Positions 37,476 through 47,488 of a stretch of 50,160 nt of DNA are shown piece after piece. The stretch lies in assembly GCA_947623645.1 (NCBI GenBank), contig CANQHK010000001.1:1-50160 (forward strand). Reading direction: 5' to 3'. The notes beneath the pieces were generated by a model that searched no databases, was not told the DNA's origin, and saw only the letters and a list, made by a program, of their open reading frames with translations. Source of the DNA: an uncultured Bacilli bacterium. Its GTDB lineage: Bacteria > Bacillota_I > Bacilli_A > RF39 > UBA660. Numbering within the stretch: the first letter of the stretch is position 1; each line of letters opens with the position of its first letter. Made by a program: the position numbers and the translations under genes.

Positions 37476-38252
37476 ATGGCACGCCACAAAGTTGAAATAA
37501 CCGGCGTGAATACTGCGAATATTAAAGTATTAAGTCAAGATGAAATAAAAAGTTTATTTCAAAAAATGAAGGAAGGAGATCCTTTTGCAAGGGAAGAATT
37601 AATTAATGGAAATTTAAAGCTTGTTTTAAGTATTTTAAAAAGATTTAATCATCGAGAAGAAAATATGGATGATTTATTTCAAGTGGGATGTATTGGTCTT
37701 GTGAAAGCAATTGATAATTTTGATTTAACCCAAGAGGTTCGTCTTTCTACCTATGCTGTTCCCATGATTTTAGGAGAATTAAAAAGATATTTACGGGATA
37801 ACTCTAGTTTAAGAATTAGTCGTTCTTTAAAAGATTTAGCATATAAGGCATTAAAAGTTAAAGAAGAAATTACAAACAATACGGGAAGAGAAGCAACGAT
37901 AAAAGAAATTGCTCAAAAATTAGAAATCGAGGAAGTAGATGTTGCAAATGCTCTAGATTCTATGAAAAATCCGATTAGTATTTTTGAACCAATCTATAAT
38001 GATGGTGGTGATACAATTTATTTATATGATCAAATTGAGGATAAAAAATTGGTAGAAAAAGATTTGGAAACCAATATGGCTGTTCATGATGCCATTGCGG
38101 ATTTAACTCCTAGAAAACGTTTTATTATTGATCAACGTTTTGTAATTGGCAAAACACAAATGGAAATTGCGGAAGAACTTGGAATTAGTCAAGCCCAAAT
38201 TTCAAGACTGGAAAAAGGTGCAATTAACTCTTTAAAAAAAGTTTTAAAATGA
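37476..38252 (+). CDS. sigG: RNA polymerase sporulation sigma factor SigG
   Basis: MARHKVEITGVNTANIKVL..., NGNLKLVLSILKRF, DDLFQVGCIGLVKAIDNFD, STYAVPMILGELKRYLRDN. Collinear with B. subtilis SigG. Confidence 0.8.
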   Translation: MARHKVEITGVNTANIKVLSQDEIKSLFQKMKEGDPFAREELINGNLKLVLSILKRFNHREENMDDLFQVGCIGLVKAIDNFDLTQEVRLSTYAVPMILGELKRYLRDNSSLRISRSLKDLAYKALKVKEEITNNTGREATIKEIAQKLEIEEVDVANALDSMKNPISIFEPIYNDGGDTIYLYDQIEDKKLVEKDLETNMAVHDAIADLTPRKRFIIDQRFVIGKTQMEIAEELGISQAQISRLEKGAINSLKKVLK

Positions 38253-38306
38253 AAGATAAGACATGAAAATTGTCTTTTTTTCATACAATAGTTTAGGTGA
38301 TTAGAA

Positions 38307-38540
38307 TTGCGTTTATCAGATCTTCAAAGTAAAGATATTGTGAATATCATGGATGGAAAAAATATTGGAAATATCATTGATGTAAAAATCAATGAAGAAA
38401 ATGGTAGTATTCAATCTTTTATTATAGAACCAAATAAGAATTTTTTATCTTTTTTAAATCGGGGAAAAGATACGGAAATTAATTGGAATTCTATTGCTAA
38501 AATTGGAGAAGATGTTATTTTGGTGAAAATTACATTATGA
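38307..38540 (+). CDS. YlmC/YmxH family sporulation protein (PRC-barrel)
   Basis: MRLSDLQSKDIVNIMDGKNIGNIIDV. TTG start. Confidence 0.8.
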   Translation: MRLSDLQSKDIVNIMDGKNIGNIIDVKINEENGSIQSFIIEPNKNFLSFLNRGKDTEINWNSIAKIGEDVILVKITL

Positions 38541-38579
38541 AAAAATGTCTTTTATTATTGCACAACAAAAAAGAAGCTG

Positions 38580-38840
38580 TTATCGAGCTTCTACAATTAA
38601 CTTAATCGCCGTTCTTTCTTCTCCATCTATTAAAATATCTGTGAAGGCTGGAATACAAACTAAATTTTTTCCACTGGGTGCTACAAATCCTCTAGCAATT
38701 GCGATTGCTTTTATAGCTTGATTGAGAGATCCTGCTCCAACTGCTTGAATTTCAACTGTCCCTTTTTCTCGAAAAGCATTTGCTAATGCTCCTGCAACAC
38801 TATTGGGATTAGACTTAGATGAAACTTTCAATGTTTCCAT
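38580..38840 (-). CDS. spoVS: stage V sporulation protein S
   Basis: METLKVSSKSNPNSVAGALA...IQAVGAGSLNQAIKAIAIARGF. Confidence 0.9.
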   Translation of the reverse strand: METLKVSSKSNPNSVAGALANAFREKGTVEIQAVGAGSLNQAIKAIAIARGFVAPSGKNLVCIPAFTDILIDGEERTAIKLIVEAR

Positions 38841-38910
38841 AATTATTAAATCATTCCTTTCTACATTTCTAATATATGAGGAATGATCAAAAAAAGAACA
38901 AAAAAAAATA

Positions 38911-38935
38911 GAGACTTTGGAAAGTCCCTATAAAA
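38911..38935 (-). terminator. terminator after the proline-rich protein gene
   Basis: Minus strand: AGGGACTTT-CC-AAAGTCTCT (one mismatch) followed by ATTTTTTTT. Confidence 0.45.
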
Positions 38936-38946
38936 TTTTCAATCAA

Positions 38947-39846
38947 TTATAATTGTTCAACATCAACTTTAGGTGCTTCTGGTTGAGCAACTGGCTGAGT
39001 AGCTGGTGGTATTGTTGCAACTTCAACAGGTGGAATTTGAACAACTGGTGTTGGTTCTGCTGGAGCTGGTTGAACTGGTGGCACTACTGGAGTTGATGGT
39101 GTAACATCCATTCCACCGCTATATGGTTCATGGTGTACATCAACTTGTGGTAAGTTCTGCGTAGCATCTAAAGGATTTGCTCCTCCATAAATTGGTCTTG
39201 CTTCTTCTTTTGGTGGGATTGTTGGTATAACAGGTTCTCCACCATAAGGAGCACTTTGAGGAACTGCATTTTCTATCGGTGGTACAGTAGGTGCTGGTCC
39301 AATTGCCTCCGTTGGAATGGTTTCTGGTGCTGGTGTAATTGGTGTTGGTATTTCTACTGCTGGAACTTCCTCAGCGATTGGTTTTGGTGCACTATCTACA
39401 TTTGAATTTACCATTGGTGGAACAGCAACATTAGTGGCAGGAGTTCCTGTTGTAATTGGCACATCTACCATTGGTACATCTGGTATTGTAGGTCTTGCAG
39501 GAGTCGGAACGACCTCTGGTGTTACTGGTTGAGGCATTGCTGATGTAACTTCCATAGGTTGTTGTACAGCTACATTTTGATCGGCAACAGTTGGCATTTC
39601 TGCAATAGGTTGTGTTTCTGGAGTTGGTTGAGTAGAAACAGCTGTACCATTTCCTGGCATACTAGGTGCTGCTTGTTGATTCAATGCTTGTGGCTGAGTT
39701 TTCTTCTTCTTTGATTTTGAAGAACTAACAACAAGCATTATTAAAGCAATAATTAGTAAAATAACTCCACCTGTAATAAGCATTCCAGGAATTGTTAAAA
39801 ACCAATCAATACTAAATGCAATTGCGCATATATTCATAAATTTCAT
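38947..39846 (-). CDS. membrane-anchored proline/threonine/valine-rich low-complexity protein
   Basis: N-terminal TM segments and a KSKKKK stop-transfer are followed by ~240 aa of P/T/V/A-rich sequence. G+C is locally elevated. Confidence 0.55.
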   Translation of the reverse strand: MKFMNICAIAFSIDWFLTIPGMLITGGVILLIIALIMLVVSSSKSKKKKTQPQALNQQAAPSMPGNGTAVSTQPTPETQPIAEMPTVADQNVAVQQPMEVTSAMPQPVTPEVVPTPARPTIPDVPMVDVPITTGTPATNVAVPPMVNSNVDSAPKPIAEEVPAVEIPTPITPAPETIPTEAIGPAPTVPPIENAVPQSAPYGGEPVIPTIPPKEEARPIYGGANPLDATQNLPQVDVHHEPYSGGMDVTPSTPVVPPVQPAPAEPTPVVQIPPVEVATIPPATQPVAQPEAPKVDVEQL

Positions 39847-39924
39847 CTCCCTTTTCTATTCTAATTTAATCATAGCAAAAAAATGTCAAAATTGCAATGC
39901 TATTTTTGACTTTTTGACATTTTT

Positions 39925-40587
39925 CTATTGAAAATATTGAAAACCACTGATATTTTTTGGGATCTCAATGGAAAATTCTAATCTTTTTTGTGTAACAGGA
40001 TGGTTAAAAGATAGGGATGTTGCAACCAATGATAATTGGGCTTTTTCTGCTTTTTGATAACGGTTCTCCCCATAAATTGGATATCCCCTACTTGCAAATT
40101 GAACACGAATTTGATGATGACGCCCTGTTTTTAAGAAAATTTCCACAAGAGATAAATTTTTATCCACATTTTTGTTTATAACTTTATAGGATAAAGCAGC
40201 ATATTTGCCCTTTTCTTTAGTCGATATGATTGTTTGTTCATCTTTTCTTTCTAAATAATCAACAAACTCTCCTTCATCATTTTTCAAAATTCCTTTGATA
40301 ACTGCTGTATATATTTTTGTAAATTTATGTTCCTGTAATTGTTTAGCGAGTCTTGATGCTGCTTTAGAAGTTTTGGCAAAGACCATAATTCCCATTGTAG
40401 GTCGATCGAGTCGATGAACTAAAGCCAAATATACATTTCCTGGCTTTTTATATTTTTCCTTTATATATTGCTTTACTATGGATAACATATCACAATCTCC
40501 AGTAGAATCACTTTGACTTAAAATATTGAAAGGTTTGACAACGACTATAATATGATTATCCTCATATAATATCTCTAGTTTATTCAT
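39925..40587 (-). CDS. RluA family pseudouridine synthase
   Basis: HRLDRPTMG (catalytic Asp) and GRHHQIRVQ. Confidence 0.85.
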   Translation of the reverse strand: MNKLEILYEDNHIIVVVKPFNILSQSDSTGDCDMLSIVKQYIKEKYKKPGNVYLALVHRLDRPTMGIMVFAKTSKAASRLAKQLQEHKFTKIYTAVIKGILKNDEGEFVDYLERKDEQTIISTKEKGKYAALSYKVINKNVDKNLSLVEIFLKTGRHHQIRVQFASRGYPIYGENRYQKAEKAQLSLVATSLSFNHPVTQKRLEFSIEIPKNISGFQYFQ

Positions 40588-41452
40588 GAAAATCTACCCT
40601 CGCAGAAATGCCACAAGGAAGTAGAAGATTATTTTCAACAATTGGAATTCCTACTTCATAAGAGAAAATTTCTCCTGGATATTTCTTTAAAACTCGAAGC
40701 TTTAAAAGATCGACCAGAACTTGTTGTGATAAACCGGAAGTATAGGAATTAATCAAGAAAAACAAAGGATGTTCAGAAAGCAATTCAGCGCAATTTTTTG
40801 CTAAGTAATCCAAATCTTTTTCAATATCCCATACTTCTCCATGGATTCCTCTTCCAAAACTAGGAGGATCCATAATAATGGCATCATATTTATTTCCTCT
40901 TCGAATTTCTCTTTCAACAAATTTTATACAATCATCTACTAAAAAACGGATTGGTTTTTCTTCAAGATGAGAAGATTTTACATTTTCTTTTGCCCAATCT
41001 ACCATTCCTTTTGAACTATCTACATGAACAACACTAGCTCCCGCTTTCAAACATGCAACACTTGCTCCTCCTGTATAAGCAAATAAGTTTAAAACTTTAA
41101 TAGGACGATCTGCCTTTTCAATAAGTTCTCTCATAATGTCCCAATTAATTGCTTGTTCTGGGAAAAGTCCTGTATGTTTAAAGCCCATTTTTTTAATATG
41201 AAAAGTAAGATCTTTATAAGAAATTTCGAAACTTTCTGGCATGCTTTTTAAATCTTCCCAATAGCCTCCTCCTTTATTGCTTCGATGGTAAACAGCATGA
41301 ATCATTCCTCGATACTTAGAAAGCAAATCTCCTGTATTCCAAACAATTTGGGGATCTGGACGAAGAAGATAAATATTTCCCCATCTTTCTAATTTTTCTC
41401 CACAAGAAGAATCAATAATTTCATAATCTTGAAAATCTTTTAAAACTTTCAT
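40580..41452 (-). CDS. class I SAM-dependent (RlmI/RlmK-like) methyltransferase
   Basis: LNLFAYTGGASVA and IIMDPPSFGRG. Confidence 0.8.
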   Translation of the reverse strand: MKVLKDFQDYEIIDSSCGEKLERWGNIYLLRPDPQIVWNTGDLLSKYRGMIHAVYHRSNKGGGYWEDLKSMPESFEISYKDLTFHIKKMGFKHTGLFPEQAINWDIMRELIEKADRPIKVLNLFAYTGGASVACLKAGASVVHVDSSKGMVDWAKENVKSSHLEEKPIRFLVDDCIKFVEREIRRGNKYDAIIMDPPSFGRGIHGEVWDIEKDLDYLAKNCAELLSEHPLFFLINSYTSGLSQQVLVDLLKLRVLKKYPGEIFSYEVGIPIVENNLLLPCGISARVDFHE

Positions 41453-41519
41453 TCTGACACCTCCATTTTTTAAGGATGTACCTATCTCATTAAAAACATT
41501 TTTATTTTTTTCTTTTTAA

Positions 41520-41552
41520 TCAAAAAAGACTTTCCCTATAAGATAAGGAAAG
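41520..41552 (-). terminator. possible terminator after pgsA
   Basis: Minus strand: CTTTCC, an 11-nt loop, GGAAAG, then TCTTTTTTG. The loop is large. Confidence 0.35.
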
Positions 41553-41564
41553 AAAAAAAGAAGG

Positions 41565-42164
41565 TTAATCTTCTTTCTTTGGAAAAATAATTTTTTTATT
41601 CATCGTAAAATACTCTACCATAGAAATTAAAGACATAATCGTTGCAAAATATAGGAAGAATAAATCTACCCGAATGTTTATCAATTCGAAAGGTAAATTG
41701 TAGAAAAACATAAGAACAATTCCAACCATTAAACTAGCTGTCTTAATTTTTCCAGATTTAATCGCTGCAACTACTTTTCCTTTTGCTGCTGCTTCCATTT
41801 TTATTGCGTTAACAACTGTATCTCTTGTAATTATAACAACTGGTATGATCGCATTGATATATCCTAAAGCTGAAAAAATAATTAAAACAGAGTTTACTAA
41901 TAATTTATCTGCTATCGCATCTAACATTTTTCCTGTATCCGTAATTAAATTATATTTTCGAGCAATTCGCCCATCAAAAAAATCTGTAATACTTGCAATA
42001 ATAAAAATAATTCCTGCGATGACATTTTTTAAATCAATTTTGATTCCAGATACTACAAAGCTTGGAAATTCAATTCCTATTGCATAAAATGGAAATAATA
42101 ATAAAATTATTAAAACAACCGATAAAATAATTCTTGTAACAGTCAATTTATTTGGCAAATTCAT
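41565..42164 (-). CDS. pgsA: CDP-diacylglycerol--glycerol-3-phosphate 3-phosphatidyltransferase
   Basis: DFFDGRIARKYNLITDTGKMLDAIADK (CDP-alcohol phosphatidyltransferase motif). Confidence 0.9.
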   Translation of the reverse strand: MNLPNKLTVTRIILSVVLIILLLFPFYAIGIEFPSFVVSGIKIDLKNVIAGIIFIIASITDFFDGRIARKYNLITDTGKMLDAIADKLLVNSVLIIFSALGYINAIIPVVIITRDTVVNAIKMEAAAKGKVVAAIKSGKIKTASLMVGIVLMFFYNLPFELINIRVDLFFLYFATIMSLISMVEYFTMNKKIIFPKKED

Positions 42165-42648
42165 ATACTGCGTCCTCCCTCATTTTTAACTCTACACTTC
42201 TCTTATTTTCTTTTTGCAAAAATATTAAAAGTAAAATCATTGCACATAAGATAAGAAGTATAATCAATATAAATTTGATTGGTTTTTTATAATCTTTTTT
42301 TGGCTTTGGAATTTTTGTGTATGGAGAAATTACTTTTTTTTCTTCTGTTTCCAGTGTTTTTTCTCGTACTTCTTTGATGTCGTCTAAAGAAATTTTGGAA
42401 GTATGTTCAAACAAAAAATCATTGAACTCTTCTACAACATCATTCACATCGACTCCTAAATATTTGGCATAATCTTTGATTAATTCTTTTAATGTATACA
42501 TATCTTTAAAAGCTCTTGTGTTTCCTTCTTCTATATTTTCAAGAGCACTTACATCAATATTTAAATCTTCTGCTGCTTCTTCTTGACTTACACCATTTTC
42601 TTTTCTTTTTTCTTTTAATAGATTGCCGATTTCCTTCAATCTTTTCAC
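42148..42648 (-). CDS. RodZ/YmfM-like HTH membrane protein
   Basis: N-terminal HTH (GVSQEEAAEDLNIDVSALENIEEGN) and a C-proximal TM helix. It overlaps the pgsA start, as in Bacillus ymfM-pgsA. Confidence 0.65.
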   Translation of the reverse strand: MKRLKEIGNLLKEKRKENGVSQEEAAEDLNIDVSALENIEEGNTRAFKDMYTLKELIKDYAKYLGVDVNDVVEEFNDFLFEHTSKISLDDIKEVREKTLETEEKKVISPYTKIPKPKKDYKKPIKFILIILLILCAMILLLIFLQKENKRSVELKMREDAVYEFAK

Positions 42649-42667
42649 CTACCTATTTAAGATCAAA

Positions 42668-43033
42668 TAAAAAATACTTTATAAGCCATGTTCTGTAACC
42701 TATTTCTAGGCGACAAACATTTATCTATTGATTTCTCAATCCTCGATTTTGTTCTTTTTCCTCCATCGAAGCTCCCCTACCAAAATTTGGGTTTCTCACT
42801 CGTGGGGCTTACCAACGTTTCACCTTTTTCTTTCGAAAAATAATCGTTCCTGTGGCACTTTACGGTTACTTTTTCCATCGCTTTACGCATTAGGAAATTT
42901 TACCTCCGTCAGAATCCTGCCTAGGGTTATTTTTTCCCCTAGCACGAACACTACTATCATCCCAGATAGTGTGAGCATGGACTTTCCTCTATATTCCAAG
43001 AATACAGCGTTTGTCAAAGTATTTTTTATTCAT
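42668..43033 (-). ncRNA. rnpB: RNase P RNA, type B
   Basis: Minus strand carries AGAGGAAAGTCCATGCTCACAC, GTGCCACAG, GAGAAACCCAAATTTTGGTAGGGG and ACAGAACATGGCTTAT. P1 pairs AAAAATACTTT (about 43031-43021) with AAAGTATTTTT (about 42680-42670). Confidence 0.9.
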
Positions 43034-43358
43034 CTTTTCCATAAACCATTTTTTCGAGATTTGAAATTCTTCTTAGAATATCCATATTTGTAACTTCTGA
43101 AGATTCCCCTTTGGCAATATCAATACTCATTTTAACATTTCTTAATTCTTGCTTTAAGTTCATAATTTCTGTAAGATATTCTTCTTTTTCTTTTTCAAGC
43201 TTTTTATTATGTTCTATAAGAGTTTCCATATCTTCTATAATCTCATCTAAATATTGGTCGACCTCTTTGATGCGATATCCTCTAGTATCAATTTTAAATT
43301 GCTTATCAAATATTTCTTGTGGCGTATGATTAAGCTTATCTTGAATCACTCCTATCAC
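43026..43358 (-). CDS. gpsB: cell-cycle protein GpsB (DivIVA-domain)
   Basis: FDKQFKIDTRGYRIKEVDQYLDEII followed by a coiled coil. Confidence 0.8.
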   Translation of the reverse strand: MIGVIQDKLNHTPQEIFDKQFKIDTRGYRIKEVDQYLDEIIEDMETLIEHNKKLEKEKEEYLTEIMNLKQELRNVKMSIDIAKGESSEVTNMDILRRISNLEKMVYGKDE

Positions 43359-43554
43359 CTTTCTTTTCTTTTTGATACATTGAGTATACCACGAAAGATA
43401 GAAAAATACAAGATTTTTATTATTAGCATCTTATTTTTCAACTTTTTTGTCAATTCTTGTCTATTTTGTAATTGCATTTTACAGAATTTTACACCTTTAC
43501 TGTAAATTTGTGTAAATTATACTTGTATTTATTAAAAAAATATGATAAAATCGA

Positions 43555-44940
43555 ATGCATTGGAAAGGAGAGAATCATATGTATTTATCTGAAATTAAAA
43601 AAGTACAAGACAAACTTCAACTACGTATAGAAAAAGAAACACCAGATGGTAATTTTGAACATGCTTTAACGACAAAAAGCAGCTTATATACTAGAGAATT
43701 TCTCAGATCTCTTCGTTACCATATTAAGAAAGCAACATTTTTTAATGATGACTTAAAGTTGGTTTTGGATGATGACGGTAGTGAAGTATATATAGAAGAT
43801 TATAATCATATTAAAACACATCCTTCCGTTCGTTCTTTAGATATTTATATTGAAAGATTTTTAAAGAAAAAACGTATCCAGCAAAAAATTCGTAATTTAG
43901 CTGTTTCTGCAAGTATTGCTATCTTAGGACTTACTGGATTTTCATTAAAGAATAAAGGAATCGATACAGTATCTTCTTTTATCAATGAAATCGCGGAAGA
44001 AGATTCAATGGAAGAACAACAAAGAGTTAGTTTAGTCAATGAAAAACTGGAAGATATGGAAAATCTAAGACAAGAATCCATTGCTAGAAAAGAATACGAA
44101 CAAGCTTATGCGGAAGATGTAAAAAGAACTCAAGGAAAAGTTGAAGAATGGAAAAAACAGGCAGAAGAAGAGGAAAAGCTTAACGCTGTTTATTCTTCTA
44201 TTCCAACTCTTGGTGAAAAAATTGATGACGGAAAACTTGAGTATGTTCAAGATCATTATAAAAATATCATTTCTGAATTATCAAAAACTTATGCAATCGA
44301 TGAAAGAATTTTGCAATGTTTATTTGCTCAAGAATCCAAAAAACATGTACCGATTGTCAATGACAATGGTGCTATTGGAATTTCTCAAATACAATATAAT
44401 TGGCATGTTAACAATAAGCACACTCTTTATAGAACCGATGGTACAATTGAAACTTTTACTGCAACAGATGATGTTCTTCGAGATTTAGTTGGAAATATGA
44501 AAACTGGTATTTCGATCTTACAACAATGTTTACAAAAATATAAAGGAAATCTATTTTTATCTCTTCAAGCATATAATTACGGAGATGGAGCAATTGATGA
44601 ATGTTTAAATATAACTTCTAGCAAAACCGGACAAACGGTTGAAGAAATTATTCGTAATCCTTATAATTTAACTTGGTTAGAAACCGTTCAAGAATACAAA
44701 GATGGACGTTATGGAGATCCTAATTTTGTAGAAAACGTTCTTAGTCGTTTTAGTAAAGATGAAATTGATGATCTTTGTAAAGTTTTAGAAAATTCCATTT
44801 GGCGAGATGAAAGTGGAACCGCTGCAGTAGGATATATGTATCAAGAAGATTCTACTTGGAAATTTGTATCAGAAGATGAAAAAATAGACATTCCAAATGA
44901 TGCCTATAGTATTACAATACAACACTCTAGTAAAAAATAA
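43555..44940 (+). CDS. lytic transglycosylase (SLT) domain protein, membrane anchored
   Basis: FAQESKKH (catalytic Glu), NGAIGISQIQ, AYNYGDGA. A central TM helix is present. An alternative start lies at 43573 (MYLSEIKK). Confidence 0.75.
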   Translation: MHWKGENHMYLSEIKKVQDKLQLRIEKETPDGNFEHALTTKSSLYTREFLRSLRYHIKKATFFNDDLKLVLDDDGSEVYIEDYNHIKTHPSVRSLDIYIERFLKKKRIQQKIRNLAVSASIAILGLTGFSLKNKGIDTVSSFINEIAEEDSMEEQQRVSLVNEKLEDMENLRQESIARKEYEQAYAEDVKRTQGKVEEWKKQAEEEEKLNAVYSSIPTLGEKIDDGKLEYVQDHYKNIISELSKTYAIDERILQCLFAQESKKHVPIVNDNGAIGISQIQYNWHVNNKHTLYRTDGTIETFTATDDVLRDLVGNMKTGISILQQCLQKYKGNLFLSLQAYNYGDGAIDECLNITSSKTGQTVEEIIRNPYNLTWLETVQEYKDGRYGDPNFVENVLSRFSKDEIDDLCKVLENSIWRDESGTAAVGYMYQEDSTWKFVSEDEKIDIPNDAYSITIQHSSKK

Positions 44941-44958
44941 AAAAGAAAAAGCCGATAA

Positions 44959-45546
44959 TTACAAGATCTCTTCTTGTGTTACCGGCTCTTCTTTATATTT
45001 CGAATCATATAAGTCCATATTTGTTGGAGATTCTGGTTCTTTAAAATCTTCAAATTTTGGTAAATCATCCATTGTAGCTAATCCAAAATAATCTAAAAAT
45101 TCATGCGTCGTTTTATATAATATAGGTCGTCCAGGCTCCTCACTACGCCCCACTTCTTTAATAAAATTCTTGGCAACTAGTTTTCGAATCATTTGACTTG
45201 AAGAAACTCCTCTGATTTCATCTACCTGAAGTCTTGTTAATGGTTCATTATAGGCAATGATGGCAAGAGTTTCTAAAGCTGCTTGAGAAAGTGTATTCGT
45301 TCCTGGAATTTCAATTAGTTTTTTATAGAACTCTTTATGTTCTTTTTTTGTGGTTAATTTAAATTTATCTCCTAAAAAATGAATTCTGATCCCTCTAGAA
45401 TCTTTTTCATACTCTTCCCTTAATTTTGTTAAAGCTATTTTTATTTCATCGAGTTCTTTTCCGGTTACTTCTACTAATTGATCTAAGGAAAGGCCTTCTT
45501 CACCAACAACAAATAAAAGTCCTTCGATAACTGCTTCTAAATTCAC
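44959..45546 (-). CDS. scpB: segregation and condensation protein B
   Basis: EAVIEGLLFVVGEEGLSL, SQAALETLAIIAYNEPLTR, EPGRPILYKTT. Confidence 0.9.
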   Translation of the reverse strand: MNLEAVIEGLLFVVGEEGLSLDQLVEVTGKELDEIKIALTKLREEYEKDSRGIRIHFLGDKFKLTTKKEHKEFYKKLIEIPGTNTLSQAALETLAIIAYNEPLTRLQVDEIRGVSSSQMIRKLVAKNFIKEVGRSEEPGRPILYKTTHEFLDYFGLATMDDLPKFEDFKEPESPTNMDLYDSKYKEEPVTQEEIL

Positions 45547-46263
45547 TTATATCCCCTCCACAATAATTTCATCAAATGCCTTCTTTTGAGAAATCGTAAG
45601 TTCTTTTTTACGGGCCATTTCTAAAATAGCTAAAAAAGTAACAACAATATATTCTTTCGTAAGTTCTTCGAAAAGATCTACAAAATTTACTTTCTTTTTT
45701 TCTTTTAAAATTTTTCGAATGGATACTCTTCTTTCATCAATGGAAAGTTCCCGTCTAGTAACTCTTGTTTGCAATGGCTCTGCTAATTTTTTCCGCTGCA
45801 AAAACTTTGCAAAAGCTTCCATTAAATCATCTAAATTAACATCTATTGCAACGTTTGTATCTTCATCAATGTAAGGTTTTAAATTTTCTGGTGTTTTGGT
45901 GTAAATTTCTTGACGAATCGCTTCCAATTCTTTAAAATTTTCTGTCATTTTTTTATATTGTTCATATTCTAAAAGTCTTTTTACAAGTTGTTCTCGTGGA
46001 TCTAAATCCTCTTCTTCTTCATCTTTTTCAGCTACTCGTGGTAATAACATCTTACTTTTTATTTCTAAAAGTTCAGTTGCCATAACTAAATATTCACTGG
46101 CTATATTTAGATTTAACTCTTCCATTCTATGAATATAATCTAGGTATTGTTTTGTAATTTCTTCTATTTGAATATCCCAAATATCTACTTTGGATTCTTT
46201 AATGAGATGTAAAAGTAAATCTAAAGGTCCTGAAAATTTATCTAATGTTACTTCATATTTCAC
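45547..46263 (-). CDS. scpA: segregation and condensation protein A
   Basis: FSGPLDLLLHLIKESKVDIWDI and VVTFLAILEMARKKEL. Confidence 0.9.
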   Translation of the reverse strand: MKYEVTLDKFSGPLDLLLHLIKESKVDIWDIQIEEITKQYLDYIHRMEELNLNIASEYLVMATELLEIKSKMLLPRVAEKDEEEEDLDPREQLVKRLLEYEQYKKMTENFKELEAIRQEIYTKTPENLKPYIDEDTNVAIDVNLDDLMEAFAKFLQRKKLAEPLQTRVTRRELSIDERRVSIRKILKEKKKVNFVDLFEELTKEYIVVTFLAILEMARKKELTISQKKAFDEIIVEGI

Positions 46264-46420
46264 GTTATCACCACTTTCAAAAATTAAACTTTTTATCTAC
46301 TTTTTTTAAACGATTTTGAGATGTTAACTATTTTGTTAACGTATATTCATTATATCATAATTCCTTTCTAATTACAAAGTGAAAAACTTGCCAAATAAAT
46401 AATTTTTTTATATAATCAAA

Positions 46421-46741
46421 ATGGTGAATGAAATGAAAAAATTTACAATGAGAGATGAAGATTTTATCTGTTTAAATTGTGGAAAAAAGGTTTCTAAACT
46501 GCATGTTACTTCCCGAGATCATTGTCCCTTTTGCCTTTATTCGTTACATGTCGATATTAATCCAGGAGATCGTCAAAATCCTTGTAAAGGTCTAATGAAA
46601 CCTATTGGAATTGAAAAGTTTAAAGATCAATATAAAATATTATATACTTGTTTAAAATGCCATAAACCACATAAAAATATTATGGCAAAAGATGATGATA
46701 TGAATAAAATCATTGAAATATCCAATATTGAAAATACTTAA
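46421..46741 (+). CDS. RNHCP domain protein (zinc-ribbon)
   Basis: CLNCGKKV...SRDHCPFCLYSLHVD...CKG...CLKCHK. Confidence 0.75.
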   Translation: MVNEMKKFTMRDEDFICLNCGKKVSKLHVTSRDHCPFCLYSLHVDINPGDRQNPCKGLMKPIGIEKFKDQYKILYTCLKCHKPHKNIMAKDDDMNKIIEISNIENT

Positions 46742-47436
46742 ATTTTATTTTCTAATACATCTTGAATTAGTTCTGATACTTTTAAATATTCTCCTTCAGC
46801 AATTTCTTTTAGCTCTTGTTTTGAATTTTTTATAGCAAAACCATGAAATTCTTGAATCATCTCTATATCGTTTAGATCATCTCCAATAGTATAAATTTCA
46901 TTAAAATCAATATTTTCTTTTCTTGCAATAAAACGGATGGCTTCAGATTTATTCGTGTTTTTAGAAATAATTTCTAAAGCACTTTTTTTGTCTACGAAAA
47001 AAGCTGTTATCGAGGAAGAATATTTTTGGTTTATGGCTTCCCATACTTCTCTAGCTATTTCTGAATTTTCATATAAAACATAAAGCTTTGTTGCATTCTT
47101 GGAATGAATATCTATATTACTTTCTTTTCCTCTGCAAGCATAAGATGCTATTACATTTTTTTGAAATAATTCTTGAATTAATTTTTCTTGAAGATTATTT
47201 TCTATGGTTATGTTATAAATTACTTCATTATTTTTCGTAATACTTGCACCATGATTAAAAATAATATAAGAAGTTGGAATATTATAATTGTTTTCTTCTT
47301 TTTTAAATCCATCAAAAGATCTCCCTGTTGCAATAACAAATAGATTATTTTCTTGAAATTTTTTCATCCATTCAATATTTTCTAGAATTTCTTTATGGTA
47401 AAAAGTTCCATCAAAATCACTTACAATCATTTTCAT
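46738..47436 (-). CDS. HAD-IIB (Cof-type) hydrolase
   Basis: MIVSDFDGTF (DxDGT) and IGDDLNDIEM. Confidence 0.8.
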   Translation of the reverse strand: MKMIVSDFDGTFYHKEILENIEWMKKFQENNLFVIATGRSFDGFKKEENNYNIPTSYIIFNHGASITKNNEVIYNITIENNLQEKLIQELFQKNVIASYACRGKESNIDIHSKNATKLYVLYENSEIAREVWEAINQKYSSSITAFFVDKKSALEIISKNTNKSEAIRFIARKENIDFNEIYTIGDDLNDIEMIQEFHGFAIKNSKQELKEIAEGEYLKVSELIQDVLENKI

Positions 47437-47488
47437 ATTTTGATTTCTCCTCTCTTATTATATTTTATCAAAAATATTCGAAAACGAC

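Noticed and set aside
43011-43016. TTGACA followed by a TATA-like box on the minus strand, at first taken for an rnpB promoter
   Set aside because: The hexamer pairs with GTTTGTC near the 3' end (P2). It lies downstream of the P1 5' strand, so it is part of the mature RNA and not a promoter.
42728-43093. 121-aa plus-strand ORF in the track
   Set aside because: It lies on top of the RNase P RNA gene (minus strand), has no RBS and has odd composition. It is an artefact of a G+C-richer RNA gene.
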